This document shows, in pieces, positions 19,922 through 30,869 of a stretch of 64,000 nucleotides of DNA. The DNA is from Thermodesulfovibrionales bacterium (lineage in GTDB: Bacteria > Nitrospirota > Thermodesulfovibrionia > Thermodesulfovibrionales > SM23-35). The notes below the pieces were generated by a model. That model made no database searches. It had not been told where the DNA came from and worked only from the letters and a program-made list of their open reading frames with translations. The DNA lies in contig CAVWBP010000002.1 of assembly GCA_963753165.1 (NCBI GenBank), forward strand, positions 185,280 to 249,279, read 5' to 3'. The translations under genes were made by a program, and so were the position numbers. Positions within the stretch are counted from its first letter, which is position 1. Every line of letters starts with the position of its first letter.

Positions 19922-20719
19922 CTATGATGCAGTTTGCCCTCTGCGCTCATTCTGTTTTGCTTCGTCCCAGAGCCTGTCCATCTCTTCGAGCGTCATGTCA
20001 GAGAGTTCCCTGTCCTGTTCCGCAGCCTTCATTTCGATATGGCGGAACCGTGAGATGAATTTGCTGATGGTTCTTCTGTGGGCATCTTCAGGGTTCACTT
20101 TCATGAACCGTGAAAGGTTCACGAGCATGAAGAATATGTCTCCAAGCTCGTCTTCCATTTCCTCCCTCTTCCCCGACTTGAGGGCGTCTTTCAACTCCTG
20201 CATCTCCTCGTCAACTTTCTTCAGAACATCTTCGACCTTGTCCCAGTCAAACCCCGCCTGCGCTGCCCTTTTCTGAAGCCTGTGGGCCCTGAGCAGTGAA
20301 GACATAGCCTTCGGGACTCCTTCGAGGATCGAATCGCGGAGTTTGCCCTCCTGTTTTTTTATCACTTCCCATTGCTTTACCACCTCGCCCGGCGTCCTGC
20401 ATTCAGCTTCGCCAAACACATGAGGGTGACGGGAGATCATCTTTTCACCGATCTTCTCAATCACGCCGGACATATCGAATTCACCCTTCTCGCGAGCGAT
20501 CTGGCACTGAAATACGATCTGGAAGAGAAGGTCCCCGAGTTCTTCCCTGATCTTTTCAGGGTCGTCCTCTTCGATAGCCTCAATCAGTTCATACGCTTCT
20601 TCAATGAGGTAAGGCTTAATGGATTCCCGTGTCTGCACTTTGTCCCAGGGGCAGCCGTTTACGCTCCTGAGCCGCTCCATGATGGTTAAGAGTTCCTTGA
20701 GGTCCATAGGTTGGATCAT
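19922..20719 (-). CDS. mazG: Nucleoside triphosphate pyrophosphohydrolase MazG
   Basis: GCPWDKVQT, EELGDLL, RHPHVF, GFDW and a second DELGD motif. Confidence 0.95.
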   Translation of the reverse strand: MIQPMDLKELLTIMERLRSVNGCPWDKVQTRESIKPYLIEEAYELIEAIEEDDPEKIREELGDLLFQIVFQCQIAREKGEFDMSGVIEKIGEKMISRHPHVFGEAECRTPGEVVKQWEVIKKQEGKLRDSILEGVPKAMSSLLRAHRLQKRAAQAGFDWDKVEDVLKKVDEEMQELKDALKSGKREEMEDELGDIFFMLVNLSRFMKVNPEDAHRRTISKFISRFRHIEMKAAEQDRELSDMTLEEMDRLWDEAKQNERRGQTAS

Positions 20720-22845
20720 CTGCTCCCTGATATCTTCTTGTCCTCACAGATATCAAGGATAATCTCCCGCTCTTCCCTGTTGACTCTGTCGAGTCTGACC
20801 CTGATCTCCTGTCCGATGGAGAACGAACGTTTGCTGTGTCTTCCGACGAGTTTCATTAACTGCTCATTGTACTGGTAATAATCGTCGGTCATATAGGAGA
20901 CATGCAGGAACCCCTCGACATAGAAATCCCTCAGCCTTATTTTCAACCCATAGGGAGTCACCCCTGCGACCTTTGCCTCAAACTCCTCTCCGACCTTGTC
21001 TTTCATAAACCATACCCTCATCGCGTCAATCACTTCCCGTTCCGCCTTGTCGGCGAGACGTTCCATGCGGGAGGAATGGAATGCGATATCAGGGAGGAGT
21101 TTGTCCAGTTCCTCTCTCCGCGCATCGGAAATCCGCTTTTTCTGCAGGAGCTCGCGAAGTATCCTGTGGACGATAAGGTCAGGATACCGCCGGATCGGCG
21201 AGGTGAAATGGGTATAACATTCCGATGCGAGGCCGAAATGCCCGACGTTGAGATTCGAATACCGTGCCTGCTTCAAACTCCGCAAAAGCGCGAAATTGAT
21301 GATCTCTTCTTCCCGGGACCCCTTTATTTTTTTCAGAAGGTCGGGATAGTCCTTTGGTTTGAGAAGCTTCCTGCCTTTCATGAGAGTGCCGGACATTTTC
21401 GATATTTCTTCGAGCTTGTGGGGATCAGGTTCTTCATGGACTCTGTAGAGAACAGGAATATTGAGACGCTCGATATGTTCTGCCACGGCCTCATTCGCTG
21501 CAATCATGAATTCTTCAATTATTGTGTGCGCATAATTTCTCTCTGCCTTTAAGATCGCTTCAGGCACGCCCTGGATATCCAGAAGGATCTCAGGCTCAGG
21601 GAGGTCGAAGTCAAGACTGCCCCGCTGTAATCTTTTGTTCCTCAATAACGCGCACAGTTCTCCCATGACCTCAAAATCATGAAGGAGATGCTCATACTTC
21701 TTCCGTTCGGCGCGGTCGGAATCTATGAGAATCTTCTTCACAGAGGTGTAGGTCATTCGTGCATCGCTTTTGATGATACTCGGATAAAACCGCGCATCGA
21801 GCCTGCCGCCGTTTCTGTCGTAGTCCATTTCGACGGTCATGGCAAAGCGGTCGACCCCGGGCTTCAGGCTGCACAGGTCTTCTGAAAGCTCTTTGGGGAG
21901 CATGGGGATAACCTTTTCGGGGAAATAGAAACTCGTCCCCCTTGCACCCGCTTCACGGTCGATCTCGGAATTCCAGTTTACGTAGAAGCCGACGTCTGCG
22001 ATATGCACAGACAGAGTATATCCGTGTTTTGTTATCCTGACAGAGACCGCGTCGTCAAAATCTTTTGCCCGTTCTCCATCGATCGTGACAGTAGGAAGAT
22101 CACGGAAATCCTTCCTCCCCTCTATGCCCGGCCCTCTGTCTTCAGGTCTTTGCCGGGCCACTGTACCTGTCTCTTCAAGCACGCTCCGGGGGAATTTTTT
22201 CGGCAGGTTGAATTCATCGATGATCATCTCCACTTCAGCCCTCGGATTGTCGGGCTTGCCCAGTGTCTTCAGGACGCGTCCGGAGGCCGGTTTCCGGTCG
22301 GCAGGATACTCGGATATCTCGACGATTACGGTATCTCCGACCTTTGCATCCCCTCTGTCTTTGGAGGTTACCTGGATGTCATAAGGCAAGGATTTGTCTT
22401 TCGGCCGCACAGAAAACCCTGATTTTGCCGCTTCCAGTCTTCCGGCTATTCTCTTCTGTGCCCTTTCGAGTATCCTTACTACTCTTCCTTCCCGTTTCTT
22501 CCAGTTTTCCACCCTCACGAGGACCCTGTCGTTGCCCATTGCTCCGGAAGTCCCCCATGAAGGAATAAAGATATCCCGTTCCCCTGGCTTTTCCATGATC
22601 ACAAACCCGTAGCCATCCCGGTGGGATTCGAAAAGCCCCTTTATAAGATTCATGTCATCGGACGGCCCGTAGAAACCCTTTCTCGTCATGACGAGATCCC
22701 CGGACCTCAGTAACGTCCGCAGAATTCTTTTGGCTGCCCTCGCTTCTTTATGCCCGAGACCCAGGTGGGATACGATTTCTTTGAAATTGAGAGGCCGTGC
22801 TGTTTTCTGCAGGAAAAGCGCGAGGATTGTGTCTTTGTCTATCAT
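20716..22845 (-). CDS. rnr: Ribonuclease R
   Basis: HRDGYGF cold-shock domain, TIDGERAKDFDDAV, HFTSPIRRYPDL and C-terminal S1 domain. Confidence 0.96.
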   Translation of the reverse strand: MIDKDTILALFLQKTARPLNFKEIVSHLGLGHKEARAAKRILRTLLRSGDLVMTRKGFYGPSDDMNLIKGLFESHRDGYGFVIMEKPGERDIFIPSWGTSGAMGNDRVLVRVENWKKREGRVVRILERAQKRIAGRLEAAKSGFSVRPKDKSLPYDIQVTSKDRGDAKVGDTVIVEISEYPADRKPASGRVLKTLGKPDNPRAEVEMIIDEFNLPKKFPRSVLEETGTVARQRPEDRGPGIEGRKDFRDLPTVTIDGERAKDFDDAVSVRITKHGYTLSVHIADVGFYVNWNSEIDREAGARGTSFYFPEKVIPMLPKELSEDLCSLKPGVDRFAMTVEMDYDRNGGRLDARFYPSIIKSDARMTYTSVKKILIDSDRAERKKYEHLLHDFEVMGELCALLRNKRLQRGSLDFDLPEPEILLDIQGVPEAILKAERNYAHTIIEEFMIAANEAVAEHIERLNIPVLYRVHEEPDPHKLEEISKMSGTLMKGRKLLKPKDYPDLLKKIKGSREEEIINFALLRSLKQARYSNLNVGHFGLASECYTHFTSPIRRYPDLIVHRILRELLQKKRISDARREELDKLLPDIAFHSSRMERLADKAEREVIDAMRVWFMKDKVGEEFEAKVAGVTPYGLKIRLRDFYVEGFLHVSYMTDDYYQYNEQLMKLVGRHSKRSFSIGQEIRVRLDRVNREEREIILDICEDKKISGSR

Positions 22846-22926
22846 ATGCACTATTGTATGCAATTTTCAGGAAAATGCAATCATTGACAGCTTTTGTCAA
22901 TTGTGATAATTTCAATAATACACAGA

Positions 22927-25200
22927 ATGTCGGATAAATCAGCCATAATCAAAGAAGCACAGAAGTATCTTGCCCGCGGCCAGATAGAGAAAGCTATTGC
23001 TGAATGGGAAAAACTGACCAGGGAGAGCCCTGACGGGAATACCTATAACACCATCGGTGACCTTTACCTGAAGAATGGGGAGAAGGCGAATGCGATAGAT
23101 TCCTACCATAAAGCCGCCGGGTACTTCAGGGAGGAAGGTTTTGCGCTTAAATCCTTGGCGCTGTATAAAAAAATCCAGAACCTGAACCCGGCCGATGCAA
23201 TATCCCTCCTTGCGCTCGGTGAACTGAACGAGGCAAAGGGAATCGTTACCGATGCGATCAAATTCTATCTCGCAGCCGCTGACAGTTACTCAAAGGAAGG
23301 CAAAAAGGAAAAGATACTTGAGATATACGACAAAATACTGAACCTTTCCCCCGGCAACATCCCTCTCCGGAATAAAGTCGTGGAGATTTACTTAAAGGAG
23401 AATCTGACGCAGGAGGCTGCGAAACAGTATCTCCAGATTGCAAAACTCTACAACGAGAAACGGGAAATGGAGAAGGCGATAGAGTATTACCAGAAGGCTT
23501 TGAATATCGACCCTGTCAACAAGGAAACCATCCTTGATCTGAGCGCTGCCTATGAAAAGACCGATAAGAGAAAGCAGGCAGCCGAACAGATAAACGAAGC
23601 AGCTACGCTCTTCCCGCAGGATACAGAGGTCCTTCTGAGGGCTGCTGAAATACATGTTGGTGCCGAATTATTCGACCAGGCACGGCAATATCTCGCGCAG
23701 ATTAAAGAATTAGAGCCTGCAAACGTTAAAGCACGGAAACTGCTGGGTGAGGTATATACCAGGGAAGGAAGAAAAGATCTCGCATGGGTTGAGTATCTGC
23801 CGGTTCTCGACGAAATGCTCCTCAATGAGAATTATGACGACGCAATAAAAATCCTCGGTGAATTTAAAGATATTGATCCTGTCGAGACCGGGAGGAGACT
23901 TGTATCGCTCTATATTCAGATTGGCGATTATCTCCAGGTTGTGCACGAACTGACTGCCCTGGGAACTATCTACCTTGAGCAGGAAAAGCCGAAAGAAGCG
24001 CTGAACTGCTTCAGAGAAGCACTGCAGATGTCGCCTGAGGACGAGGCGTTAACGCAGAAAGTGATAGAGCTCGAAAAACAGGTCGGGAAAGAGCAGATTA
24101 CTATCGGACCTGAAAAGACAGTCGAGGAAGCGATTATAGAGACGGATATATATCTCAGGTACGGGCTCTACGAGAATGCAAGAGAGATCCTGGGAAGCTT
24201 TAAAGAGAAAGAACCGGAGAACATCGATATCCATACAAGATTAAAAACCCTGTTTGTCGATACCGGCGACAAGGAACAGGCAGTGGCTGAATGTATCCTC
24301 CTGGCTGAACTCTTTGAAAAGGCCGGTGACCTGGAAAACCGTGAGCAGATATTGAAGGAAGCACGTGAAATCAGCCCTGAGGATCCAAGGCTTATCAGCC
24401 TCCCGGCGACTGAGGCCCGCGAAGAAGAAAAATTTGCCGGCCCCCCTGACCAGCCGTCCTTCGAGGATTACAGTGAAGAGGTCGCAGAAGCTGATTTCTA
24501 CGCCCGGCAGGGTTTAATTGACGAAGCGCGCGCTATTTTCGAAAGACTGCAGACCCTTTTCCCGGAGAATGAGGAAATCGCCCGGAAACTGGGGTCGCTC
24601 GGACTGACTCTTCAAGGAGAAGAACAAAAGGAACCCCTTGCAGAGGAAAAAGAGGAACCAGTCGTCATTGAGGAAATGCTCGAAGCCGAAAGCATCGCGG
24701 AACCCACGCTCGACAACGATGTTATGGACATATTCAATGAGTTCAAGAAGGGGCTTGAGAAGGAACTGGAAGACGAGGATTATGAAACACACTATAATCT
24801 GGGAATAGCCTACAAGGAGATGGGTCTTATCGACGATGCGATAAGGGAATTCCAGGCATCCCTGAAGGACCCGAAGAGATTCGTCCATTCTGCGAATATG
24901 CTCGGGGTCTGTTATCTTGAGAAAGGTCTTTATCCGCTTGCCATTGATGTGCTGAAAAACGCCATAGAGAAAATGGAAGACAGGGGAGAGTCTTACTGGG
25001 CGATGAAGTATGATCTTGCCAATGCGTATGATAAGAACGGCGATACCAAAGAGGCGTTCGAACTGTTCATGCAGGTCTATGGATGGAATTCAAAGTTCAG
25101 GGCTGTCTCGGACAAGATAGACCACCTCAAAGCCAGTATGGCTGAAGGGGCTGAGCAGAAGAAACTGAAAGACAGGAAGGACAGGGTCTCATACCTGTAG
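22927..25200 (+). CDS. Large TPR protein (SgmX-like architecture)
   Basis: Many TPRs, acidic linkers and C-terminal DYETHYNLGIAYKEMGL TPR block. Confidence 0.85.
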   Translation: MSDKSAIIKEAQKYLARGQIEKAIAEWEKLTRESPDGNTYNTIGDLYLKNGEKANAIDSYHKAAGYFREEGFALKSLALYKKIQNLNPADAISLLALGELNEAKGIVTDAIKFYLAAADSYSKEGKKEKILEIYDKILNLSPGNIPLRNKVVEIYLKENLTQEAAKQYLQIAKLYNEKREMEKAIEYYQKALNIDPVNKETILDLSAAYEKTDKRKQAAEQINEAATLFPQDTEVLLRAAEIHVGAELFDQARQYLAQIKELEPANVKARKLLGEVYTREGRKDLAWVEYLPVLDEMLLNENYDDAIKILGEFKDIDPVETGRRLVSLYIQIGDYLQVVHELTALGTIYLEQEKPKEALNCFREALQMSPEDEALTQKVIELEKQVGKEQITIGPEKTVEEAIIETDIYLRYGLYENAREILGSFKEKEPENIDIHTRLKTLFVDTGDKEQAVAECILLAELFEKAGDLENREQILKEAREISPEDPRLISLPATEAREEEKFAGPPDQPSFEDYSEEVAEADFYARQGLIDEARAIFERLQTLFPENEEIARKLGSLGLTLQGEEQKEPLAEEKEEPVVIEEMLEAESIAEPTLDNDVMDIFNEFKKGLEKELEDEDYETHYNLGIAYKEMGLIDDAIREFQASLKDPKRFVHSANMLGVCYLEKGLYPLAIDVLKNAIEKMEDRGESYWAMKYDLANAYDKNGDTKEAFELFMQVYGWNSKFRAVSDKIDHLKASMAEGAEQKKLKDRKDRVSYL

Positions 25201-25274
25201 CAGAATACATTCTCTGAATATCAATCTTTTCGCCGGGCAGCGTTCGGGCCGGCCGGCGGTCAAGCGGGAGGAAA

Positions 25275-26090
25275 ATGGATTATTTGGAATTTCACGGGCT
25301 GAAGGAACATCCTTTTTCGAATGTTGTTGACAGTAAATTCTATTACAACAGTCCGCTTCATTCTGACGCTCTGCTAAAACTGAAATATGCGGTAGATACC
25401 CGGAAGGGGCTCGCGGTTGTTATCGGAGGAATAGGGACCGGCAAGACGACGCTCGCGAGAAGATTCCTCGAGGAAATGGACGAGAGTGCATACGAAGCCG
25501 CCCTGCTTGTAGTCGTCCATTCGAGTGTAAGTTCCGAATGGCTTTTTAAAAAGTTTGCAATTCAGCTGGGGGTGTCGGATATTCCCGATGACAGGGTGGA
25601 GCTTCTCTCTCAGATATACCGGCGGCTCCATGATATAAACGATGAAGGGAAAAAAGCCGTGGTCATGGTCGACGAAGTACAGATGCTGAAGTCAAGGGAG
25701 ATCATGGAAGAGTTCAGGGGCCTTCTCAACATGGAGACTCCCGATGGCAAGCTCCTGAATTTTGTTTTCTTCGGCCTCCCCGAACTGGAGGGGGTGCTTG
25801 CCCTCGATGAACCCCTGAAACAGAGGGTGGCAGTCAAGATACGGCTGACGGAATTTTCCGAAAAGAGCACTAGTGATTATATGAGACACAGACTGACTGT
25901 TGCAGGGAGCCAGAAGGAAATCTTTTCCGCAGAAGCAATCCGTTTGATATACCGCTATACAACCGGCACTCCCAGGCTCATTAATACAGTTTGCGACAAT
26001 GCGCTGCTCGAGGGGTATCTCGCCAAGGCAGCGGTGATCGATGTCCCCATCATAGAAACTGTTGCGGTAGATCTCGGATTACGTCTCTAA
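25275..26090 (+). CDS. ExeA/GspA-family AAA ATPase
   Basis: FHGLKEHPF, GGIGTGKTT, VDEVQ, FGLPEL and GTPRLINTVCDNALL motifs. Confidence 0.92.
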   Translation: MDYLEFHGLKEHPFSNVVDSKFYYNSPLHSDALLKLKYAVDTRKGLAVVIGGIGTGKTTLARRFLEEMDESAYEAALLVVVHSSVSSEWLFKKFAIQLGVSDIPDDRVELLSQIYRRLHDINDEGKKAVVMVDEVQMLKSREIMEEFRGLLNMETPDGKLLNFVFFGLPELEGVLALDEPLKQRVAVKIRLTEFSEKSTSDYMRHRLTVAGSQKEIFSAEAIRLIYRYTTGTPRLINTVCDNALLEGYLAKAAVIDVPIIETVAVDLGLRL

Positions 26091-26708
26091 AATAAAGAGC
26101 ATTTCCTTAATCACCAATATCACGCTGTATCGGGCGAGTTGAATCCTGATTTTTGAAGGGTGCCAGGTCCCGTTGATCTCCTCGGGATTTTCATAGGTGA
26201 TGACGAGCTCACGGTCATCTGAAAGAGAGATCACCTGTTTGAACGGCAGCATGGTTTTTTTGTCTATCCATATCTTTCTCACCGAGTTTGAAAAAAGAAA
26301 AGCATCCTTCTCTTCTTCCAGTCTGTAGTCATCAATGTCCCACCAGAAAAGGCAGTCGCGCAATCCGTAGGTCAGAATTGCAGCCTTGTTCCTGTCAACG
26401 GGAGGATCGCTTTTTATGATGCCGTCGCGTGCGGCAAGCTCGAAGGCAAGAAACCCGAAAGAATACACACGCAGGTCGAGGTCTCCGTTCCGTGAGATAT
26501 TCGCCTTCCCGTCACCCTTGACCGAGGTCTCCTCTTTTTCGAAGGTGATCGAGAACACTGCCTCGATATCGGCGACGGGCTTCTTTGCAGCGAGCACCTC
26601 CCTGACGTCAACCCCTTCGTAGGAAGGGATTTCAACCCGGCGGGGTGCGCAGGCAAATATGATAAACAGGATACTAAGGAAAAACAGCTTCGAGACAATC
26701 TTCAACAT
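26079..26708 (-). CDS. Lipoprotein, LolB/DUF4292-like fold (tentative)
   Basis: Lipobox IFAC; beta-rich body ending in WHPSKIRI. Confidence 0.6.
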   Translation of the reverse strand: MLKIVSKLFFLSILFIIFACAPRRVEIPSYEGVDVREVLAAKKPVADIEAVFSITFEKEETSVKGDGKANISRNGDLDLRVYSFGFLAFELAARDGIIKSDPPVDRNKAAILTYGLRDCLFWWDIDDYRLEEEKDAFLFSNSVRKIWIDKKTMLPFKQVISLSDDRELVITYENPEEINGTWHPSKIRIQLARYSVILVIKEMLFILET

Positions 26709-28038
26709 TCTGAGCTCCTATTATTTCCAATCCAAAATTACCCTTTATCTTTTCGGCGTTTCCCGCCGGTATCACCGCCCGGCGGAATCCGATCTTCGCT
26801 GCTTCCTTGATGCGGGTTTCAGCCTGGGCCACCGCCCTGATTTCACCGGATAGCCCGACCTCGCCAAAGACAATAAGCTTGGGGTCAAGAGGGATATCTT
26901 TCAGGGATGACGCGATCGTCGTGATAATCCCGAGGTCGACCGCCGGTTCTATAATCTTCAGCCCCCCGACGACATTCACAAAAATATCCATCCCGCCGAG
27001 GTGAAGCCCAACTTTTTTTTCGAGTACTGCCACCAGCAGCGTTACCCGGTTAAAATCGACTCCGATTGCTGTCCTGCGGGGCATTCCGAAATTCGACTGG
27101 GAAACAAGGGACTGTATTTCTACCAGGAGCGGCCGTGTGCCTTCAATGCTCGCGACAACCGTTGAGCCCGAACTGTTGAGCGGCCTTTCGAGGAGGAAGA
27201 GTTCAGAGGGGTTTTCGACTTCGATGAGGCCCGCGTCAGACATTTCGAATATGCCTATCTCGTTTGTCGAACCGAAACGGTTTTTTACCGTCCTCAGAAT
27301 ACGGAACGCATGCCCCCTGTCGCCCTCAAAATAGAGGACCGTGTCTACGATATGCTCAAGCACCCGAGGGCCGGCTATGGAACCATCTTTCGTCACATGT
27401 CCGACAAGGAAGACGGGGATATCCGCGCGTTTTGCAAAAAGCATGAGTTTTGCCGCACATTCCCGGACCTGGCTGACAGAGCCGGGAGCGGAAAGGATCT
27501 CTTCTGTATACACTGTCTGGATAGAGTCTATCACCAGGACCTTCGGGAGAAATTTTGATGCAGTGTGCACTATGGATTCTACCGAGGTTTCCGAAAGCAG
27601 CACAATATTTCCGGAATGTATGGCAAGCCTGTCGGCCCGGAGCTTTATCTGCTCCGGAGATTCTTCGCCTGAAACATAGAGCACTTTCCCGTATTTTTCC
27701 GCAATACCGCAGATAGCCTGGAGGAGCAGCGTGGATTTCCCTATGCCGGGGTCGCCTCCAATGAGTGTAACCGATCCCGAAACAATACCGCCGCCGAGGA
27801 CCCTGTCGAGTTCCTGTATGCCGGTGGATGAACGCTGTCCGCGTTCTCCGGTGACAGAACTCAGGGGCTGGGGCTCCGATTTCCCCAGGTGAGAGATGAT
27901 CGCAGACTGGCGGGAAACGGCCTCTTTCTTTTCTTCGGCAAAACTGTTCCATTCACCGCAGTCAGGGCATTTCCCGATCCATTTCGGACTCGCATATCCG
28001 CAGGACTGACACTGGAAAAAGTTTTTGGTTTTTGCCAT
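26674..28038 (-). CDS. radA: DNA repair protein RadA/Sms
   Basis: CQSC...CPDC Zn finger, GDPGIGKST, KNRFG motif and Lon-like C-terminus. Confidence 0.97.
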   Translation of the reverse strand: MAKTKNFFQCQSCGYASPKWIGKCPDCGEWNSFAEEKKEAVSRQSAIISHLGKSEPQPLSSVTGERGQRSSTGIQELDRVLGGGIVSGSVTLIGGDPGIGKSTLLLQAICGIAEKYGKVLYVSGEESPEQIKLRADRLAIHSGNIVLLSETSVESIVHTASKFLPKVLVIDSIQTVYTEEILSAPGSVSQVRECAAKLMLFAKRADIPVFLVGHVTKDGSIAGPRVLEHIVDTVLYFEGDRGHAFRILRTVKNRFGSTNEIGIFEMSDAGLIEVENPSELFLLERPLNSSGSTVVASIEGTRPLLVEIQSLVSQSNFGMPRRTAIGVDFNRVTLLVAVLEKKVGLHLGGMDIFVNVVGGLKIIEPAVDLGIITTIASSLKDIPLDPKLIVFGEVGLSGEIRAVAQAETRIKEAAKIGFRRAVIPAGNAEKIKGNFGLEIIGAQNVEDCLEAVFP

Positions 28039-28237
28039 CGTGAAACCCTTGGGTATTATACCAGAAGCTGAAGCATAACCATTTACGAACGATATATGCC
28101 ATTGTGCACAAATGTGGTATATTTTTATTCATAAGATATAGAGAGAGGAGACAGAACAATGGGGAAGGGGAAAAATAAAACAAAGGGAAATCAGGAGATT
28201 GAGATAATCAAATGATAATCGGTATGGATCTGCAAGA

Positions 28238-29349
28238 ATGATTTTAGATATTTCTGATATTGGGAACTACACCCTCAACTATTATGCAATCCCTCTTTTC
28301 ATCGTATCGGCAGTATCTTTCAGTATCGCTGTTTATCGGGTTGTTCGTGAAGAGTTCTCTTTTTTAGGGATCTCTTTTTTATAGTAGGCCTGACTATCTT
28401 CATCTGGCTCTTTTCCTTTGCCTGGATGTATTGTGCGAAAGATGAATATGTGGCTCTCTGGTGGGCAAGGGTTGCTTATCTTGGTCTTCCCTTTCTGCCG
28501 GCAGCAGTTTACAACTTCAGCATGGTATTTCTCCAGATATACCGACAGCATAGAGTGGTTTTATTGTTCTGTTGGGTATTGTCCGGGATGTTTTCATTAA
28601 TAGCTGTTGGAACTGATTTTTTAATCACTGGAATGTATAAATACAAATGGGGTTATTACCCTGCCTATGGAGCCATGAGCATCCCTTATCTGCTGTATTT
28701 TTTAGGCATTCTGTCCCTCAGTTTATATCACCATGTAAAAGAATATCAAAAAGCTCTTGCAGGGACTATTCATAAACTTCGTATCAAATCACTCTTGATT
28801 GCTTTTAGCATTGCGTATATTGGAGTTTTTGATTATTTTGCCAAGTTTCATATCAATATCTACCCTTTCGGATATTTGACAATATTTATTTTTTTAGTCA
28901 TAGTCTCTCATGCGAGCTCTCGGTATAGATTTGTAGATATAACCCCTGCCTTTGCGTCTGAAAAGATAATAGACACCATGAACGATATTTTGTTGGTGCT
29001 TGACTCAGAAGGTACAATTCGATTAACAAACAAGGCATCTCAGTTCTTTTTTAACCAATTTGCTGATGAGTTAATAGGCAAACATATAACGACGGTAGTT
29101 GGCGATGCGTATTTCGCTGATCAATTTAAAGCATTGATAAAATCAGAGCCGATTCAAAATTTAGAAATATATTGTGCTTCAAGAAAGTATGGTGAGAAAA
29201 CATTGATAGTATCCATCACATCCATAAAAGACAGAAAAGAATATCCGCTTGCGTATGTTTTCATCGCAAGGGATATTACTCCGCAAAAAAAGTCGGAGAG
29301 AGCGCTGTTAAAAGCTAAGGCTGATTTGAATGCTAAATTTGGTCAGTGA
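28238..29349 (+). CDS. 7TM (HisKA_7TM-like) + PAS sensor with no output domain; frameshift in T-run at ~28380
   Basis: ATG 28238 frame is hydrophobic to 28380; one extra T joins it to ORF 28426..29349. PAS motifs ILLVLDSEGTIRLTN and ARDIT; ends after a short coiled coil. Confidence 0.7.
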
Positions 29350-29444
29350 GCAATGCCTTGAGGTTTCAAAGTTCAGGGAATGCCTCCCCTTGAATATCCT
29401 TATAATACTATTTTTATAAATAAATATTACTGGAGATATAGATT

Positions 29445-30656
29445 TTGAACGACGTTATTCCTGCACAGGAGTTGGCTTTCCGGTGGGACAGGTGCAAAAA
29501 CCTCCTCCAGCATTTTATCCCTCAAGCGCAGGGAATCTTGGTATTCTCCCGTTTGAATATTTATTATTTCAGTGGTTCATTTGCGAGTGGAGTTTTTTGG
29601 CTGCCTCTCAGTGGTGACCCCGTCTTATTTTGCAGGCGTGGAGCTGAGAGAGCGAAAATCGATTCACCGATAAAGCATATTTATTCATTTAGATCTTATA
29701 GTGATATTGAAACAATTCTGAACGATTTAGGTTTTTCTTTGCCTAAACTGGTCGCCGCTGAGATGAACGGGTTATCGTGGGCCCTCTCAAAAAGTCTCGT
29801 CAAACACCTTGCGACCCACCAGTTCCTGCCCGCAGATAAAATAATAGGCATGAGTCGTGCGAAGAAGTCGGGGTGGGAACTCAATATCCTGCGGGCAGCA
29901 GGCTCCAGACATGCAAAGTGTTTAACCAAACTGCTGCCGCCGTTTCTTGATGAGGGAATAAGTGAGCTTGAGATATGTCATAAAATATCAGAACTATTTT
30001 TTTCCGAAGGCCATCTTGGAATCTTGCGAATGGAAAATTATGGAGAGGAAGCATTCCTTGGACATATCTCGGTTGGAGACAGCGCCAATTACCCCAGTGT
30101 CTTTAACGGCCCTGTCGGTCTTCGGGGTGTTCACCCCGCAACACCCTATATGGGGTCAGCAGAAATCAAATGGACAAAGGGCAAGCCTCTTACCATAGAT
30201 AACGGGTTTACTCTCGCCGGTTACATAACCGACAAAACGCAAGTCTACTGGCTTGGAGAGAAAGAAAATATGCCGGTGAATGCGATAAAGGCACATAACT
30301 TTTGTATCGACCTGCAAGATCAGATTGCAGAATTACTGAGACCGGGAACCCTGCCAAGTGAGATCTGGAACCACTGCCTTGCTCAAGTTGAACGCTCTGA
30401 ATGGAGTGATGGCTTTATGGGGTTGGGGAAAAATAAAGTGTTCTTTATAGGCCATGGCATCGGCCTTGCAATAGATGAATATCCTGCCTTGGCAAAGGGA
30501 TTCGATCTGCCCCTCGAAGAAGGGATGACCCTTGCTGTTGAGCCCAAGATTGGTATCCCAGGGTTTGGAATGGTGGGAGTCGAAAACACTTTTGAGGTTA
30601 CAACTGATGGCGGGAAATGCTTGACAGGCGAAAACTTCGATATAATATCCATTTAA
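29445..30656 (+). CDS. M24 (Xaa-Pro) aminopeptidase family protein
   Basis: Creatinase-like N-domain; GYITD, GHGIG, AVEP and GVENT motifs. Confidence 0.9.
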   Translation: MNDVIPAQELAFRWDRCKNLLQHFIPQAQGILVFSRLNIYYFSGSFASGVFWLPLSGDPVLFCRRGAERAKIDSPIKHIYSFRSYSDIETILNDLGFSLPKLVAAEMNGLSWALSKSLVKHLATHQFLPADKIIGMSRAKKSGWELNILRAAGSRHAKCLTKLLPPFLDEGISELEICHKISELFFSEGHLGILRMENYGEEAFLGHISVGDSANYPSVFNGPVGLRGVHPATPYMGSAEIKWTKGKPLTIDNGFTLAGYITDKTQVYWLGEKENMPVNAIKAHNFCIDLQDQIAELLRPGTLPSEIWNHCLAQVERSEWSDGFMGLGKNKVFFIGHGIGLAIDEYPALAKGFDLPLEEGMTLAVEPKIGIPGFGMVGVENTFEVTTDGGKCLTGENFDIISI

Positions 30657-30869
30657 AACAAAAAGCATAACCTGCACTGCACCAGCAACACTCCCCCGTT
30701 AAACCTGATATAATTGTACTCATTCCATTTTGGAATCTAAATAAGGATAAATAGTATGGGCAAAGGGCCGGGTTATTCAGGGGGAGTTGATTTTTTGAAA
30801 AGAGGAGAGACCACAAGGGTATTATAAAAAGGAAAAAATAAAAGTGAATTATGTTAAGGAGGGGATCTG

